Shown one piece after another: positions 50,722 through 61,533 of a stretch of 64,000 bases of DNA (position 1 is its first letter; every line of letters begins with the position of its first letter). The translations under genes were made by a program, and so were the position numbers. The notes under the pieces are model-generated. The model saw only the letters and a list, made by a program, of their open reading frames with translations. It was not told the DNA's origin and did no database searches. Source of the DNA: a bacterium (lineage in GTDB: Bacteria > Electryoneota > JAOADG01); NCBI GenBank assembly GCA_963681965.1, contig OY820579.1:3584001-3648000 (forward strand), written 5' to 3'.

Positions 50722-50887
50722 GTAGGGGCGACCCTCCGCGGTCTCCCGCTCTTGTATCTTGTTTCTTGTGTCCTGTATCCTGATCTGTCGTTGCGAATGC
50801 GCCGAATGGCGCATGTGGCAACCTACTTGTGTTTTTTTAAAAATTCCTGTATCCTAAAGTAGTAGGGGTGGATCCCCGCATCCGCCC
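50722..50887 (+). repeat. Second cluster of GTAG-type REP-like palindromes
   Basis: GTAGGGGCGACC..GGTCTCCC (50722), GTCGTTGCGAATGCGCCGAATGGCGCATGTGGCAACC (50787), GTAGGGGTGGAT..ATCCGCCC (50862); same families as 1766-2055. Confidence 0.72.
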
Positions 50888-51035
50888 GTTTTTTTAATCT
50901 TTTTGTATCTTTTCCCATCACCCACAACCCACCACCCAATCCCCATCCTGCAGGTGGTCAGTACAAGTTCAGACCTGCGGAATTACCATTGTTAACGGGA
51001 AATTTTTCGAGTTCCGAAATGAACGAGTATTTATT

Positions 51036-51580
51036 TCAACACCGTAATTTTCGAGTCTGTATCGAAATTCCTTGTGCGAGCTGAATCAAATAAGTACCCG
51101 ACGATAGCGACCGACCATCGAAATTCAATCGATAACTTCCGGGCTGCCGGTATCCACGATAAAGTGTACCGATCTCGCGACCCTGCAGGTCGAACACCGT
51201 CAGATTGATCGCTCCGCCAGTCGGCAGAGAATACGAAATCGAAGTAGATGAATTGAACGGATTCGGATAATTCGGATGTAGAATCATGCTGCTTGGAACC
51301 GAAAGAGATTTTTTATCGTCGAAGATCAGAAAATAATTATGACTTCGTCAACAGAAATTCAGCTATCAACCCCGGCGATAAAGGCGTAACCCGATTCTAC
51401 CGCAACATTACGGTCGAAATAATATCTTGGTAACACCACTGCACCAATCCGATGCAGCCCCGGCGTGGGTTGGGCATACCCCGATTCCGCACACACGAGA
51501 TTGAGCAACAGCAACCACAGCAACAAATTTACCCGCTTGAGTGAAGAAATATATGAGTGAATGCGAAAATTTCGATTCAT
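51036..51580 (-). pseudogene. Internally deleted remnant of a T9SS-cargo protein
   Basis: Signal peptide plus an LVIVD-like start (VAVESGYAFIA) at 51359..51580, then an isolated sorting domain YPNPFNSSTSISYSLP at 51036..51287. Confidence 0.6.
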
Positions 51581-51582
51581 GA

Positions 51583-52140
51583 TTAGGGATTCAAATAGGG
51601 CAAGTCTTCATCATGCTCAAATACAATTTTTTCACAATTAATATAAAGACAGTCATTAATAATGGCAATTACTAAAACAAATATACCAACAAAAAATACA
51701 AGCAAACTATATTGACGTTGATGAAAATTTGAACAATAACCGAGTAAAAGTGCAGCAAAAATTGCCCATGACGTACAATATAGGAAATGACACTGGTCTG
51801 CCCACTCGATCATATTTACTTGAATATTATTTTTTTTTAATTTATTAACCCAGCTATCTATAGATTGTTGGTGCATCGAACTATCTATATTACAATATAT
51901 AAGACAAAATTTATGAGTAATATAAGTACCTATTGCTCTATGTATTGAATAGATCAAACTTCCAACTCCAATTATGAGAAATAGAAAACCTGAAGCTATG
52001 AATACATTATCGAGACTTTTCGTAAAGAATAAATCAGGCTCAACATCAAATGATATAAATAAAGCGACGAAATAAAACATCCCACCAAAACCATACCGCA
52101 GTAATTGATTTAGATTAAACATATTCATATTATTCTCCAA
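51583..52140 (-). CDS. AT-rich membrane protein (about 4 TM), unknown function
   Basis: 185-aa ORF with hydrophobic helices; markedly lower GC than the flanks. Confidence 0.65.
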   Translation of the reverse strand: MENNMNMFNLNQLLRYGFGGMFYFVALFISFDVEPDLFFTKSLDNVFIASGFLFLIIGVGSLIYSIHRAIGTYITHKFCLIYCNIDSSMHQQSIDSWVNKLKKNNIQVNMIEWADQCHFLYCTSWAIFAALLLGYCSNFHQRQYSLLVFFVGIFVLVIAIINDCLYINCEKIVFEHDEDLPYLNP

Positions 52141-52224
52141 TAAGTTTCTTAACGCATTTTCATTTCGTATAATTTAGTTACTTTTTGATTGTATTACAAG
52201 AATATTTTCAAATATTATTAAATA

Positions 52225-52261
52225 CATAAAAAACAGGCAGACGCACCCAAACGTCTGCCTG
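52225..52261 (-). terminator. Intrinsic terminator, duplicate of 53082-53120
   Basis: Minus strand CAGGCAGACG-TTTGGGTG-CGTCTGCCTG-T6. Confidence 0.85.
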
Positions 52262-52285
52262 ATATCATCATCCTGACTAGGGTGT

Positions 52286-53002
52286 TCATCTTGTGCAATA
52301 ATAAATGTCTTCTTTCGTACGAATCCCCAGAAGTGTCAGGATACTCGCTTCAAACAAATCAGTTGCTAAAATTACCTTTACCTGAAATCCCGTTTCGCGT
52401 AACCGATCGACATAGTCGGGACCGTAACGTCGCACATGATCGAATTGACCGAATTCGCGCTCGCGCTCTTCAGGTGTGACCAGTGCCGGATTTTCGAACG
52501 TTTGCTCGGCATACACCGGCACCTGAAGAATCGCCCATCCATCCGGTTTCAGAACCCGGTGAAACTCGCGCATCGCCTGTCGATCATCCGGTACATGTTC
52601 CAGCACATGACTGCAATAAATCACATCGAATTGATTGTCCGGAAATTGAATCGACATGATATCCATCTGCACATCGGCCTTTTTCGCGTCTAGATCGGCT
52701 GTCAAATAACCAGCACCGACACGTTCCCGCAATCGTTTTTCAAAACAGATTTCCGGAGCGACATGAAGCATTTTTCGCGGACTGCCATCGAATAGCTTGG
52801 TCAACCACTGAAAGTAAATCCACAAAAGCCGGTGTCGTTCAAGCGAGAGACAATTCGGGCACAAGGCATCGGTGCGTGCACCGAACGGTGCAAATTCTTC
52901 GAAGTGATGTTCGCAAACCGGACACCAGCGCTTCGGTTGGTCTTTGAGCACGCTTTCCTCTACGATACGATCGTCATTGTCAAACTGAATCGTCGATAAC
53001 AA
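52286..53002 (-). CDS. Class I SAM-dependent methyltransferase with N-terminal CxxC pairs
   Basis: CPVC..CPNC.SLERHR; LHVAPE; FDVIYCSHVLEHV; LKPDG; start uncertain. Confidence 0.85.
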   Translation of the reverse strand: MLSTIQFDNDDRIVEESVLKDQPKRWCPVCEHHFEEFAPFGARTDALCPNCLSLERHRLLWIYFQWLTKLFDGSPRKMLHVAPEICFEKRLRERVGAGYLTADLDAKKADVQMDIMSIQFPDNQFDVIYCSHVLEHVPDDRQAMREFHRVLKPDGWAILQVPVYAEQTFENPALVTPEEREREFGQFDHVRRYGPDYVDRLRETGFQVKVILATDLFEASILTLLGIRTKEDIYYCTR

Positions 53003-53081
53003 ATTTGCCTAATTTGATAGAATATGCTTCGGGTTCCGATCACAGTCAAGCTATTTTTTCCGAATGATATTTTCCCGATTG

Positions 53082-53120
53082 CATAAAAAAAACAGGCAGA
53101 CGCACCCAAACGTCTGCCTG
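53082..53120 (-). terminator. Intrinsic terminator downstream of ftsZ
   Basis: Minus strand CAGGCAGACG-TTTGGGTG-CGTCTGCCTG-T8. Confidence 0.85.
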
Positions 53121-53244
53121 TCGTTCTCTCTATCAGGTGCTTCGAGGAGGGGAAACACCCTTTCTACGAAGTTGAATTGGTAACCTAATCGTAATCCGAT
53201 CGATTTCTAATCGATCCATCATTTTCTTTACTAAGTACCAAGCA

Positions 53245-54453
53245 CTAGTTACTGCGCGAACGCCGCCAAATCGCCGGTACGCCCAGATTCTTCGAACCGT
53301 TACTGCCATGCTCGATCGCCGCCGGATTGATCTGCGGTACGACTGGTTGGAATGTGCGAATTGGTTCGACTACTGGAGTCGGAGCGGCTGCAATCGGCGT
53401 TACAATCGCGTTACCGTTAACCAGCGCATTGCCATTCATGAAACCGTTGTTCAGCGAAAACGTCTCCTGACGCGGCTGCACCTTGCCGTCCTGCCGCAAA
53501 CCGGTGGCAATCAAGGTGATCCGGATCTCGTCGTTGAGATCGTCGTTATATGCGATACCGGCAATCACATTCGATTCGTTGCCGGTGCGATCGGTAATGA
53601 TCTTCACCGCATTGTCGAATTCACGCAACGTGATGTCGCGCGATGCCGACACATTCACCAAAATCGAGCGCGCTCCCGCCACATCGATATCTTCGAGGAA
53701 CGGTGAGGTAATGGCTTCGGTCGCAGCCTGAATCGCCCGATCGTCGCCGCGTGCCGCGCCAAATCCAAGCAGTGCGTCGCCGCCGTTCTTCATCACGGTA
53801 TTGAGATCGTTGAAATCGAGATTAATTTCGCCAGCCGTCGTCAACAGTTCACTAATCCCCTTGGTCGCCTGCATCAAAATTGAATCGGCGCGGTAGAATG
53901 CATCGGTCAATTTCACATCGAGTGCGGTATCAATCAATTTCTGATTCGGAATCACGATCAGCGTATCGGTCACCGTGCGCAACTGCCGGATCCCCTCTTC
54001 GGCACGCATCATGCGTTGCGACCGTTCGAATTGGAACGGACGCGTCACGATCGCCACCGTCAACGCACCGATTTCACGCGCAATCGACACACAAACCGGA
54101 CCGCTGCCGGAACCGGTACCACCGCCGCCGCCGAACGTGGTAATGACGAGATCCGCACCCGAAAGCGCTTCCGCGATCTGCTCGCGATTCTCTTCCGCCG
54201 CCATCCGTCCTACTTCGGGATCGCCACCGGCACCGAGACCGCGCGTCGTCTGCAAACCGATCTGCACGATCTTCTGTCCTTCCAGTCGCTCCAATGCCTG
54301 CATATCGGTGTTGATCGCGATGAATTCAACGCCGCTGACACCTGCTTCCATCATCCGTTTGATTGCGTTTCCGCCCGCACCGCCAATACCGACTACTTTA
54401 ATTTTCGCACCGCGGGTAATTGCATCGACCAAAGAAAAACGTAAACCTGCCAT
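53245..54453 (-). CDS. ftsZ: Cell division protein FtsZ
   Basis: IKVVGIGGAGGNA, GLGAGGDP, GGGTGSG, INLDFND. Confidence 0.97.
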   Translation of the reverse strand: MAGLRFSLVDAITRGAKIKVVGIGGAGGNAIKRMMEAGVSGVEFIAINTDMQALERLEGQKIVQIGLQTTRGLGAGGDPEVGRMAAEENREQIAEALSGADLVITTFGGGGGTGSGSGPVCVSIAREIGALTVAIVTRPFQFERSQRMMRAEEGIRQLRTVTDTLIVIPNQKLIDTALDVKLTDAFYRADSILMQATKGISELLTTAGEINLDFNDLNTVMKNGGDALLGFGAARGDDRAIQAATEAITSPFLEDIDVAGARSILVNVSASRDITLREFDNAVKIITDRTGNESNVIAGIAYNDDLNDEIRITLIATGLRQDGKVQPRQETFSLNNGFMNGNALVNGNAIVTPIAAAPTPVVEPIRTFQPVVPQINPAAIEHGSNGSKNLGVPAIWRRSRSN

Positions 54454-54490
54454 TTCCTACTCCTCCTCTTTCCTCGAAAAAAAATAACTT

Positions 54491-55723
54491 TCAACCGCCG
54501 TTTACCCAGTCGTACAGCCGGGTCAGATATCCGTGCTTGCCGACCGAAGTGATTTCAAAACCGTAGAGCGCCATGCCCAAAACATTTACTGCCGCCGGTG
54601 ATGCCGCCTCACCAGCTAAATCGAAAATTCCGTTTGGATAACCGATCCGCACCTGACGCTTGGCGTAGTTGGTTGCAAAATCCTGCAATCCGGGCAACAT
54701 TGCCCCGCCACCAGTCAACACCATCGGATCGAATAAAAGTTGATTGACGATCGTCGATAAACTCGATACTGCGCGATCGATGATCTCTTCCGATCGCGCC
54801 GCGATCACATCCTGCAACAACACCGGATCGATTTCCTTATCGATACCCGCCATGACGATCGGTTCCGGAGGTACGGGATTTCCTTCTTCATCTTCGCCCA
54901 TTTTCGGTGCGATCAAACCGTATTCTTTCTTCAATCGATTCGCCATTTCCAGCGGCAATTCGAATACGGTAGCGATATCCATCGTGATGTGATTCGAACC
55001 GATCGGCATCGGAAATACGATTTGCCACAATCCATCTTTCGCATACAGCACATTCGTCGTCTCGAACCCGATATCGACGATGATCACACCGTCTTTTTTC
55101 TCCTGTGGATCGAGTACGATGCGATCGCTGGTCACCGGCGAAAAGAGCAGACTTTTAATCGCTACCGACGCTTTCTTACAGCATTCGTAAATCGTATCGA
55201 TCGTCGTCCGGTGACTGGCAATCGAGAGATAAAACGCCTGAATATGCTGTGCCGGAAGTCCTACCGGCTTCATTGTCAATTCGCCATAATCGACCGAGTA
55301 TCCGGTCGGAACCAATTCCAATTGTTGATAATCGTTGGGAATGAACACGCGATGATGCGAATTGCGCAGTTTCGTAATATCGTCGAACGTGACTGCCAGC
55401 GATTTGTTGCTCCACTTTTTCTGTCGTTGCAATTGCGAATCGGTCGGCGCCGCTTGCATATCCATTCCACCGATACCGACGATCGCCACGCGAATCATTC
55501 CGACATCGCCCAACTGCTGCTTGACCTGATAGAGCGATGCTTCCACCACTTCCGAGGCACGCTGGGTATCGGTGATCTGTCCCGCTTCAAGCCCGCGGGT
55601 ATTGACACAGCCATACGCCAGCAATCGAGTGGTTCCGTCTTCGCTTCGCCCCACAACGGCGGTTCGAACCCGATGTGTTCCGATATCGATCGCGACTGTG
55701 GCAATTGTTTCTTCTTGATTCAT
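54491..55723 (-). CDS. ftsA: Cell division protein FtsA
   Basis: IDIGT, VDIGFETT, IGSNHITMDIA, VLTGGGAMLPG; position before ftsZ. Confidence 0.9.
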   Translation of the reverse strand: MNQEETIATVAIDIGTHRVRTAVVGRSEDGTTRLLAYGCVNTRGLEAGQITDTQRASEVVEASLYQVKQQLGDVGMIRVAIVGIGGMDMQAAPTDSQLQRQKKWSNKSLAVTFDDITKLRNSHHRVFIPNDYQQLELVPTGYSVDYGELTMKPVGLPAQHIQAFYLSIASHRTTIDTIYECCKKASVAIKSLLFSPVTSDRIVLDPQEKKDGVIIVDIGFETTNVLYAKDGLWQIVFPMPIGSNHITMDIATVFELPLEMANRLKKEYGLIAPKMGEDEEGNPVPPEPIVMAGIDKEIDPVLLQDVIAARSEEIIDRAVSSLSTIVNQLLFDPMVLTGGGAMLPGLQDFATNYAKRQVRIGYPNGIFDLAGEAASPAAVNVLGMALYGFEITSVGKHGYLTRLYDWVNGG

Positions 55724-55787
55724 TCCGCAAATACTTCTTGAAATTGGTTACTGAGTTCGTTCAATTCGAATTCAAATAAATATTCGA

Positions 55788-56642
55788 TCAGGTCTTCCGA
55801 TTCGATTTCCGATCCGGCAACGGTTGTTGTTCCACTTGCGTCAACACCGATTGCAACGGTTGATTATTCAGTGCGACAAAACCCGGTGTTCGGGCATCGA
55901 TATACGCGACATCTGCCCAATTCACCGTCGCGGGAATTCGCTTCAGGAAATTGTCGACAGCGCAAATGCTCTCGCGATGTTTCTTTCCAATCATCAATTC
56001 TATTCGACCATCGTCCATGAACAACCGGTATTGATAGGGATTCACAAACCGGATCTCGCTGATTCGCGCAAACAATTTGTATTGTTTCATCTCCGCCAAT
56101 ACTGCGACCGCTTGTATAAACTGCATGTCCGGTACCTTCTGTCCATACTTCGGCAGTGTACCGACATAGTTCGTGATGACCGGCAGATTAACTACGTATC
56201 CCGATGGTGCCGGTGGCAATAGGTGCCCTTCGGAACTCACCAAATACGGTCGATCTGTCATCAATACCGCTGTGGGATTGAATTCCTCGATCTCCACATT
56301 CAGCATATCCGGCAATGACCGTGTGACTTTCGCCGATCGAACCCAAGTCATTTTTTCGATTTTGCGTTCGAGATTTCGTAGATCGACGACAAACAATCCC
56401 GTCCCATTGCGCAATCCCATCGTCTTGCGCACATCCGCCGCATCGACGCGATGATTCCCGAGCACGTGAATATGCTGCAGCGTAAATAAATTCATCGGTT
56501 CGGAATAAATCCACAGCGTCCATAACCCCGCAATACCGAGAACAACCGAAACCACCACGATCAGTCGTTTGAAGGCGAATTTCTTGCGCTTTTCTACTTG
56601 CGAGCGGAACACCACCATCGACTCATGCTTCGGCATCTTCAA
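55788..56642 (-). CDS. ftsQ: Cell division protein FtsQ/DivIB
   Basis: Single TM, POTRA-like I.V.GN..WVRSAKVTRSLP, YIDAR; dcw position. Confidence 0.85.
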   Translation of the reverse strand: MKMPKHESMVVFRSQVEKRKKFAFKRLIVVVSVVLGIAGLWTLWIYSEPMNLFTLQHIHVLGNHRVDAADVRKTMGLRNGTGLFVVDLRNLERKIEKMTWVRSAKVTRSLPDMLNVEIEEFNPTAVLMTDRPYLVSSEGHLLPPAPSGYVVNLPVITNYVGTLPKYGQKVPDMQFIQAVAVLAEMKQYKLFARISEIRFVNPYQYRLFMDDGRIELMIGKKHRESICAVDNFLKRIPATVNWADVAYIDARTPGFVALNNQPLQSVLTQVEQQPLPDRKSNRKT

Positions 56643-57564
56643 ACCCCCACAGACACTGTTCCAATTCCAAGCGGATACCGCTATTGTTCATTACTTCCGA
56701 CTGAACAAATTTGATCAATCCAAAAATGTCGGTCGCAGTCGCATTACCGCGATTGACGATGAATCCGGCATGCTGCGTGCTGACTTCGGCATCCCCTGCA
56801 CGCGCCCCTTTCAATCCGGCTACTTCAATCAGTCGACCGGCATATTCATGAGGCGGTCGCTTGAATACTGATCCTGCCGAGGGATAGTGCAACGGTTGTT
56901 TCGATCGGCGTTGTTCCAAAACATCGCGAATGATTGCAAATAGCTCTTCCCGATTTGCTCGCTGCAACTGGAAACCGGCGGCAATCACAATCATATCCTG
57001 CAATTCGGATGCCTTCCGATAACCCCATTGGATTTCATTTTTCTTCAGCGAAACAACCTTGCCACTACGATCGATACACCGAACCCACTCGATACAATCG
57101 GAAATTTCCATTCCGTAGGCACCGCAATTCATTCGAATGCCGCCACCCAGTGTGCCGGGGATCCCCGCCAATTTCTCCATTCCGGCTAGTCCGTGATAAC
57201 AAGCCATGCGGACAACCTTTAACAGCGAACAGCCCGCATCGGCAGTAACCGTCAATCCGGATACATCGATAGTGTGGAAGTATGATTTCAAATCGATTAC
57301 CAATCCGGATACACCGGAATCGCTAACTAGTAAATTCGAGCCGCCACCTAGCACGCGATGAGAAATCTTCCATTCGGTAGCGTATTTCACAGCAGCTACG
57401 ATATCGTCTTCGACATACGGCGAATAGAGCAATTGTGCCGGACCACCCACTCGATATGTCGTGCGATTGGCAAGGCTCTCCTGTTCGCGTACAACCCCGC
57501 TGTTATGCTCATACAGAGCATCGCGCAATTTGGCAATCGGGGTGAGTGACGTATCGCTTTTCAT
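56623..57564 (-). CDS. murB: UDP-N-acetylenolpyruvoylglucosamine reductase
   Basis: TTYRVGGPA, GGGSNLL, GIPGTLGG..MNCGAYG, SAGSVFK, HAGFIVN. Confidence 0.95.
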   Translation of the reverse strand: MKSDTSLTPIAKLRDALYEHNSGVVREQESLANRTTYRVGGPAQLLYSPYVEDDIVAAVKYATEWKISHRVLGGGSNLLVSDSGVSGLVIDLKSYFHTIDVSGLTVTADAGCSLLKVVRMACYHGLAGMEKLAGIPGTLGGGIRMNCGAYGMEISDCIEWVRCIDRSGKVVSLKKNEIQWGYRKASELQDMIVIAAGFQLQRANREELFAIIRDVLEQRRSKQPLHYPSAGSVFKRPPHEYAGRLIEVAGLKGARAGDAEVSTQHAGFIVNRGNATATDIFGLIKFVQSEVMNNSGIRLELEQCLWGFEDAEA

Positions 57565-58928
57565 TTTCCGACCAACTCCCGCGATACTTTCGTAATGTCA
57601 CCGGCACCCAGCGTGATCACCAGATCGCCCGGTTTCAGCATGGCGCGAATCGTATCGGCACGATGCTCGGCAGGAAGATCGAATACACCGGCGTGACCGT
57701 TTCGGCGCAATGCATCCGAAACCAATTTCCCGGTAATGCCCGCTACCGGTTGTTCGCGCGACGGGTAAACATCGGCAACCCACACGACATCGGCAACGGT
57801 CAGTGCCAATCCAAATTGCTCGTGAAATCGCGCTGTCCGGCTGAACAAATGGGGTTGAAAAATCGCTACAATGCGACCGCGATGGATCGAGCGCGCTGCT
57901 GCCAACGTTGCTGCTACTTCGGTCGGATGGTGCGCATAATCGTCGACAAACTTGATACTGTCGCGTTCGCCGACTACTTCAAACCGTCGTCCGACCCCTT
58001 TGAAGTTGTGAAGCGCGTCCGCAATTTGCTCGAATGAAACATCGATCTGCCGGCTCATTGCCACGACCGCCAAGGCGTTTCGCAAATTGTGAATTCCCGG
58101 AATCTGCAACTGCAAGCGACCCAATAATTCCGAACCATCATACACATCGGCACTCGTCTCACCGGAGCTAGTATCAATGTTGGTAGCCCGTACCCGATTC
58201 GTCTCATTCAACCCATAGGTGATCACTTTGCGTTTGAACCGCGGTTTGATCGCCATCAATCCGGCATCGTCACCGCAGATAATCAAAGAGCCGTAGAATG
58301 GAACGCGATTAGCAAATTGCACGAATGCGTCTTCCATTTCGGCATAGGTCGGATAGGTGTCGATATGTTCGTGCTCGAGATTGGTCAGGATCGCATGAAT
58401 CGGCATTAGATGCAGGAATGAGCGATCGAATTCGTCGGCTTCGGCGACCAGCCACTCCGATTCACCCGCTACCGAATTGCCGCCAGCACTTTGCAACCGT
58501 CCGCCGACAATAATCGTAGGGTCGAGTCCTGCCGCATTCAATGCCGCTCCCAGCATACTCGATGTCGTCGATTTTCCGTGAACTCCCGCTACTGCGATTC
58601 CCTGCTGCAAGCGAATCAATTCGCCGAGCATTTCCGCGCGCGAAATTACCGGAATATCCAATCGACGAGCTTCCACCAATTCGACATTATCCGGACGACA
58701 GGCGCTGGAATAAATCACCAAATCGGCATTGACCACATTTTCCGCACGATGCGAAACTGTGACAGTCGCACCCAGCATCCGCAATCGCGCTGCCACATCG
58801 TTGTCCGCCAAATCGCTACCGGTCACCGTGAAGCCGTGTCGCAGCATCAATTCGGCAATACCGCACATCCCGGTACCGTTTATGCCGACGAAGTGGAGAC
58901 GTTGAAATCGATGAAAGAAATGCTTCAC
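57561..58928 (-). CDS. murC: UDP-N-acetylmuramate--L-alanine ligase
   Basis: HFVGINGTGM, GVHGKSTT, EADEFD, DDYAHHPTE, FQPH. Confidence 0.96.
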   Translation of the reverse strand: MKHFFHRFQRLHFVGINGTGMCGIAELMLRHGFTVTGSDLADNDVAARLRMLGATVTVSHRAENVVNADLVIYSSACRPDNVELVEARRLDIPVISRAEMLGELIRLQQGIAVAGVHGKSTTSSMLGAALNAAGLDPTIIVGGRLQSAGGNSVAGESEWLVAEADEFDRSFLHLMPIHAILTNLEHEHIDTYPTYAEMEDAFVQFANRVPFYGSLIICGDDAGLMAIKPRFKRKVITYGLNETNRVRATNIDTSSGETSADVYDGSELLGRLQLQIPGIHNLRNALAVVAMSRQIDVSFEQIADALHNFKGVGRRFEVVGERDSIKFVDDYAHHPTEVAATLAAARSIHRGRIVAIFQPHLFSRTARFHEQFGLALTVADVVWVADVYPSREQPVAGITGKLVSDALRRNGHAGVFDLPAEHRADTIRAMLKPGDLVITLGAGDITKVSRELVGK

Positions 58929-58940
58929 AGTGTTTATTCC

Positions 58941-60155
58941 TTATTTCGGATATAATGGACATTTGGCTTCGGTACTGATCCGCAACAGAATTGCTGCCAG
59001 TCCGAGATTGAATACCATCGCGGTTCCGCCGTGACTGATAAACGGTAACGGCACGCCGGTCGAAGGCATCGCCGATACATTTACGAAAAAGTGAATGAAG
59101 AAATAGGTCAGGAAGTTCATAACTATTCCGAATGCCAATAGGTACTGAAATTGATCCGGCGCATATGCGGTAACACGGATTCCGCGCCACGCCAATACGC
59201 CAAACAGCGTCAGCACAACCACAATTCCCAGTGCTCCCCATTCTTCACCGATGATTGCGATGATACAATCGTTGTAAGCTTCCGGCAGAAAATATTTCTG
59301 TTTGCCGGTTCCATAACCAACGCCGAACAAGCCCCCTTCGACCATTGCAATGACACTCTGGCGCTGCTGGTAGCTAGTCTCTTTCATCACATTCGCGCCG
59401 GTCGGATCGATTGCAAGATTCTGCTCGTAATTCTGCACAGCCGCATACGGATCGATAAACACGCGACTTCTCGCATGTCGGAAACCGGTTCCAAGTGTAT
59501 AAATCGAGCCGAGGCAGATGACGCAACCGATCGCGATGTACACCCATTTCCGAGGAATTCCCGACACCCACAACATCGATCCGACGATCGCTGCCAGAAT
59601 CATGACCGTCGAAAGATTCGGTTGGAGAATAATCGGCAGTGCGATAATCGCTAGAACAAATAACGCTTTCAACACATTTTGCATAATGTGCAGTTGATTT
59701 TTTTTCCGAGCCAGAAAATCCGCCATCCAGAGCACCAGACCGAACCGCGCCACATCCGAAGGCGAAATTTGAAATCCTTTGAAGCGCAACCAGCGGCGAG
59801 CGCCGTTCACCTCCTCGCCGAAGAAATGCACCAGTACAAACAAAATCAGCGATAACACAATGATACTGAGCGGGATTCGAAATTGTCGCCAACGTTCTAC
59901 AGGCACTAAATAACAGAATATGCCGAATGCAATTCCAACCATCACTTTCATCAGATGAGAACGAAATTTCGCATAAATATCGACCTTGTATTTCACATAG
60001 CTTTGCGATCCGATGGAATTGGTATCTGCCAACCGATTCGAGGTCGCCATCAAATTCATCAGCAAACCGGCTGCGATCAGAATCAGAATCGTGATCATGA
60101 TCCATTTATCGAAGGAGAGATTGATGCGATGAAACGCCTGAACCCATTCACTCAT
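58941..60155 (-). CDS. ftsW: SEDS peptidoglycan glycosyltransferase FtsW
   Basis: VNGARRW, LPEAYND, IGEEWG, TGVPLPFISHGG; ATG 60155 overlaps the murD end. Confidence 0.92.
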   Translation of the reverse strand: MSEWVQAFHRINLSFDKWIMITILILIAAGLLMNLMATSNRLADTNSIGSQSYVKYKVDIYAKFRSHLMKVMVGIAFGIFCYLVPVERWRQFRIPLSIIVLSLILFVLVHFFGEEVNGARRWLRFKGFQISPSDVARFGLVLWMADFLARKKNQLHIMQNVLKALFVLAIIALPIILQPNLSTVMILAAIVGSMLWVSGIPRKWVYIAIGCVICLGSIYTLGTGFRHARSRVFIDPYAAVQNYEQNLAIDPTGANVMKETSYQQRQSVIAMVEGGLFGVGYGTGKQKYFLPEAYNDCIIAIIGEEWGALGIVVVLTLFGVLAWRGIRVTAYAPDQFQYLLAFGIVMNFLTYFFIHFFVNVSAMPSTGVPLPFISHGGTAMVFNLGLAAILLRISTEAKCPLYPK

Positions 60156-61533
60156 CCTGTAACTCCTCGACATAAGCGACGAATTTGCGTCCGCGGTCTT
60201 CATAATCGTTGAATTCATCGAAGCTGGCACACATCGGCGAGAGCAAAACCGCATCGCCGCGTGTTGCCAATTCCTTCGCTAACACCATCGCATCTCTCAT
60301 CCCACCAACCCGGTGTACCGGAGCGAAATCGGCGAAAGTATTCGCGACTTTTTCACCCGCCGCTCCGAATGCGATCACACACTTCACGCGTTTCGATGCC
60401 AATTTGCATAACGGCGAAAAATCCATACCCTTGTCGTATCCACCTGCGAGCCAAATCACCGGATTGGGAAATGACAACAACGCCACCCGCGCCGAGTCCG
60501 GTGTCGTTGCCTTGGAGTCATTCACCCATTGCAATCCATCGGTCGAGGGGATCATCTGCAGTCGGTGTTCCAGTCCTTTGAATGTTGTGATCGCTTCCAC
60601 AATGCTATCTTCCGGCAATTCGGCACAGGCTGCTGCGGCAATCACGGCACAGGCATTGGCGAGGTTGTGTCGACCCAGCAATTTGATTTGATTTACATTC
60701 ACCACTGGTGTTGCAGTTTCCTCAGAATCGCGATGATAGATACTGTCTTGACCCATCCATACCCCCCGCTCCAGCGGATGATTGATCGAAAATCCGAAGA
60801 TCCGGCTATTTGCTTTCGTAAACACTTCGCGAACCAAGTCGTCATCCTCATTGCGTATCAATGCCTGATGCGATTGTTGATTCTGAACGATGGCAAATTT
60901 CGATTGATAATACTCTTCGACCGAGTTGTACCGATCGAGATGATCCGGCGTCAAATTCAGAATGACTGCCACTTCCGGCGCAAACCGATCGATCCATGCC
61001 AATTGAAATGACGATACTTCCAGCACTGCCCAATGCGCTTCGGTCAAATCCAACACATATTCCGAAAAAGCGGTACCGATATTTCCCGCTACGACATGCG
61101 GAACTTTCGCACACCGGAAACATTCACCGATCCAGGTTGTTACAGTCGACTTACCATTCGTTCCCGTAATCGCAATTGTCTTGCCGGGATGCAGTCGCCA
61201 CGCCAATTCCAATTCCGTCCAAATCGGAATACTTAGTGCTTTTGCCATTTCAAACAGCGCCGAGCGTTGATCGATTCCAGGCGAGCTGATAATTAAATCG
61301 GTTCCATCAAAAATCTTGTTGCTGTGCTCTCCCAATTCGTATTCGACACCAATTTGATCCAGACTGGCGGCAATCGTTTCAGCCTTTTTTCCCGTTGCGC
61401 GATCGGAAACAAAGACTTCGACACCCAATCGGCGAAGCAAGCGTGTTGCCGCCAATCCGGAACGTACTGCACCTAAAACTGCAACTCGCTGCGGCGAATT
61501 GATGCGCGACAATAGTTGTGCTCGATCGATCAT
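60148..61533 (-). CDS. murD: UDP-MurNAc-L-Ala--D-glutamate ligase
   Basis: ITGTNGKST, LEVSSFQL, PDHLDRY, NDSKAT, LLSPMCASFD. Confidence 0.96.
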   Translation of the reverse strand: MIDRAQLLSRINSPQRVAVLGAVRSGLAATRLLRRLGVEVFVSDRATGKKAETIAASLDQIGVEYELGEHSNKIFDGTDLIISSPGIDQRSALFEMAKALSIPIWTELELAWRLHPGKTIAITGTNGKSTVTTWIGECFRCAKVPHVVAGNIGTAFSEYVLDLTEAHWAVLEVSSFQLAWIDRFAPEVAVILNLTPDHLDRYNSVEEYYQSKFAIVQNQQSHQALIRNEDDDLVREVFTKANSRIFGFSINHPLERGVWMGQDSIYHRDSEETATPVVNVNQIKLLGRHNLANACAVIAAAACAELPEDSIVEAITTFKGLEHRLQMIPSTDGLQWVNDSKATTPDSARVALLSFPNPVIWLAGGYDKGMDFSPLCKLASKRVKCVIAFGAAGEKVANTFADFAPVHRVGGMRDAMVLAKELATRGDAVLLSPMCASFDEFNDYEDRGRKFVAYVEELQDE

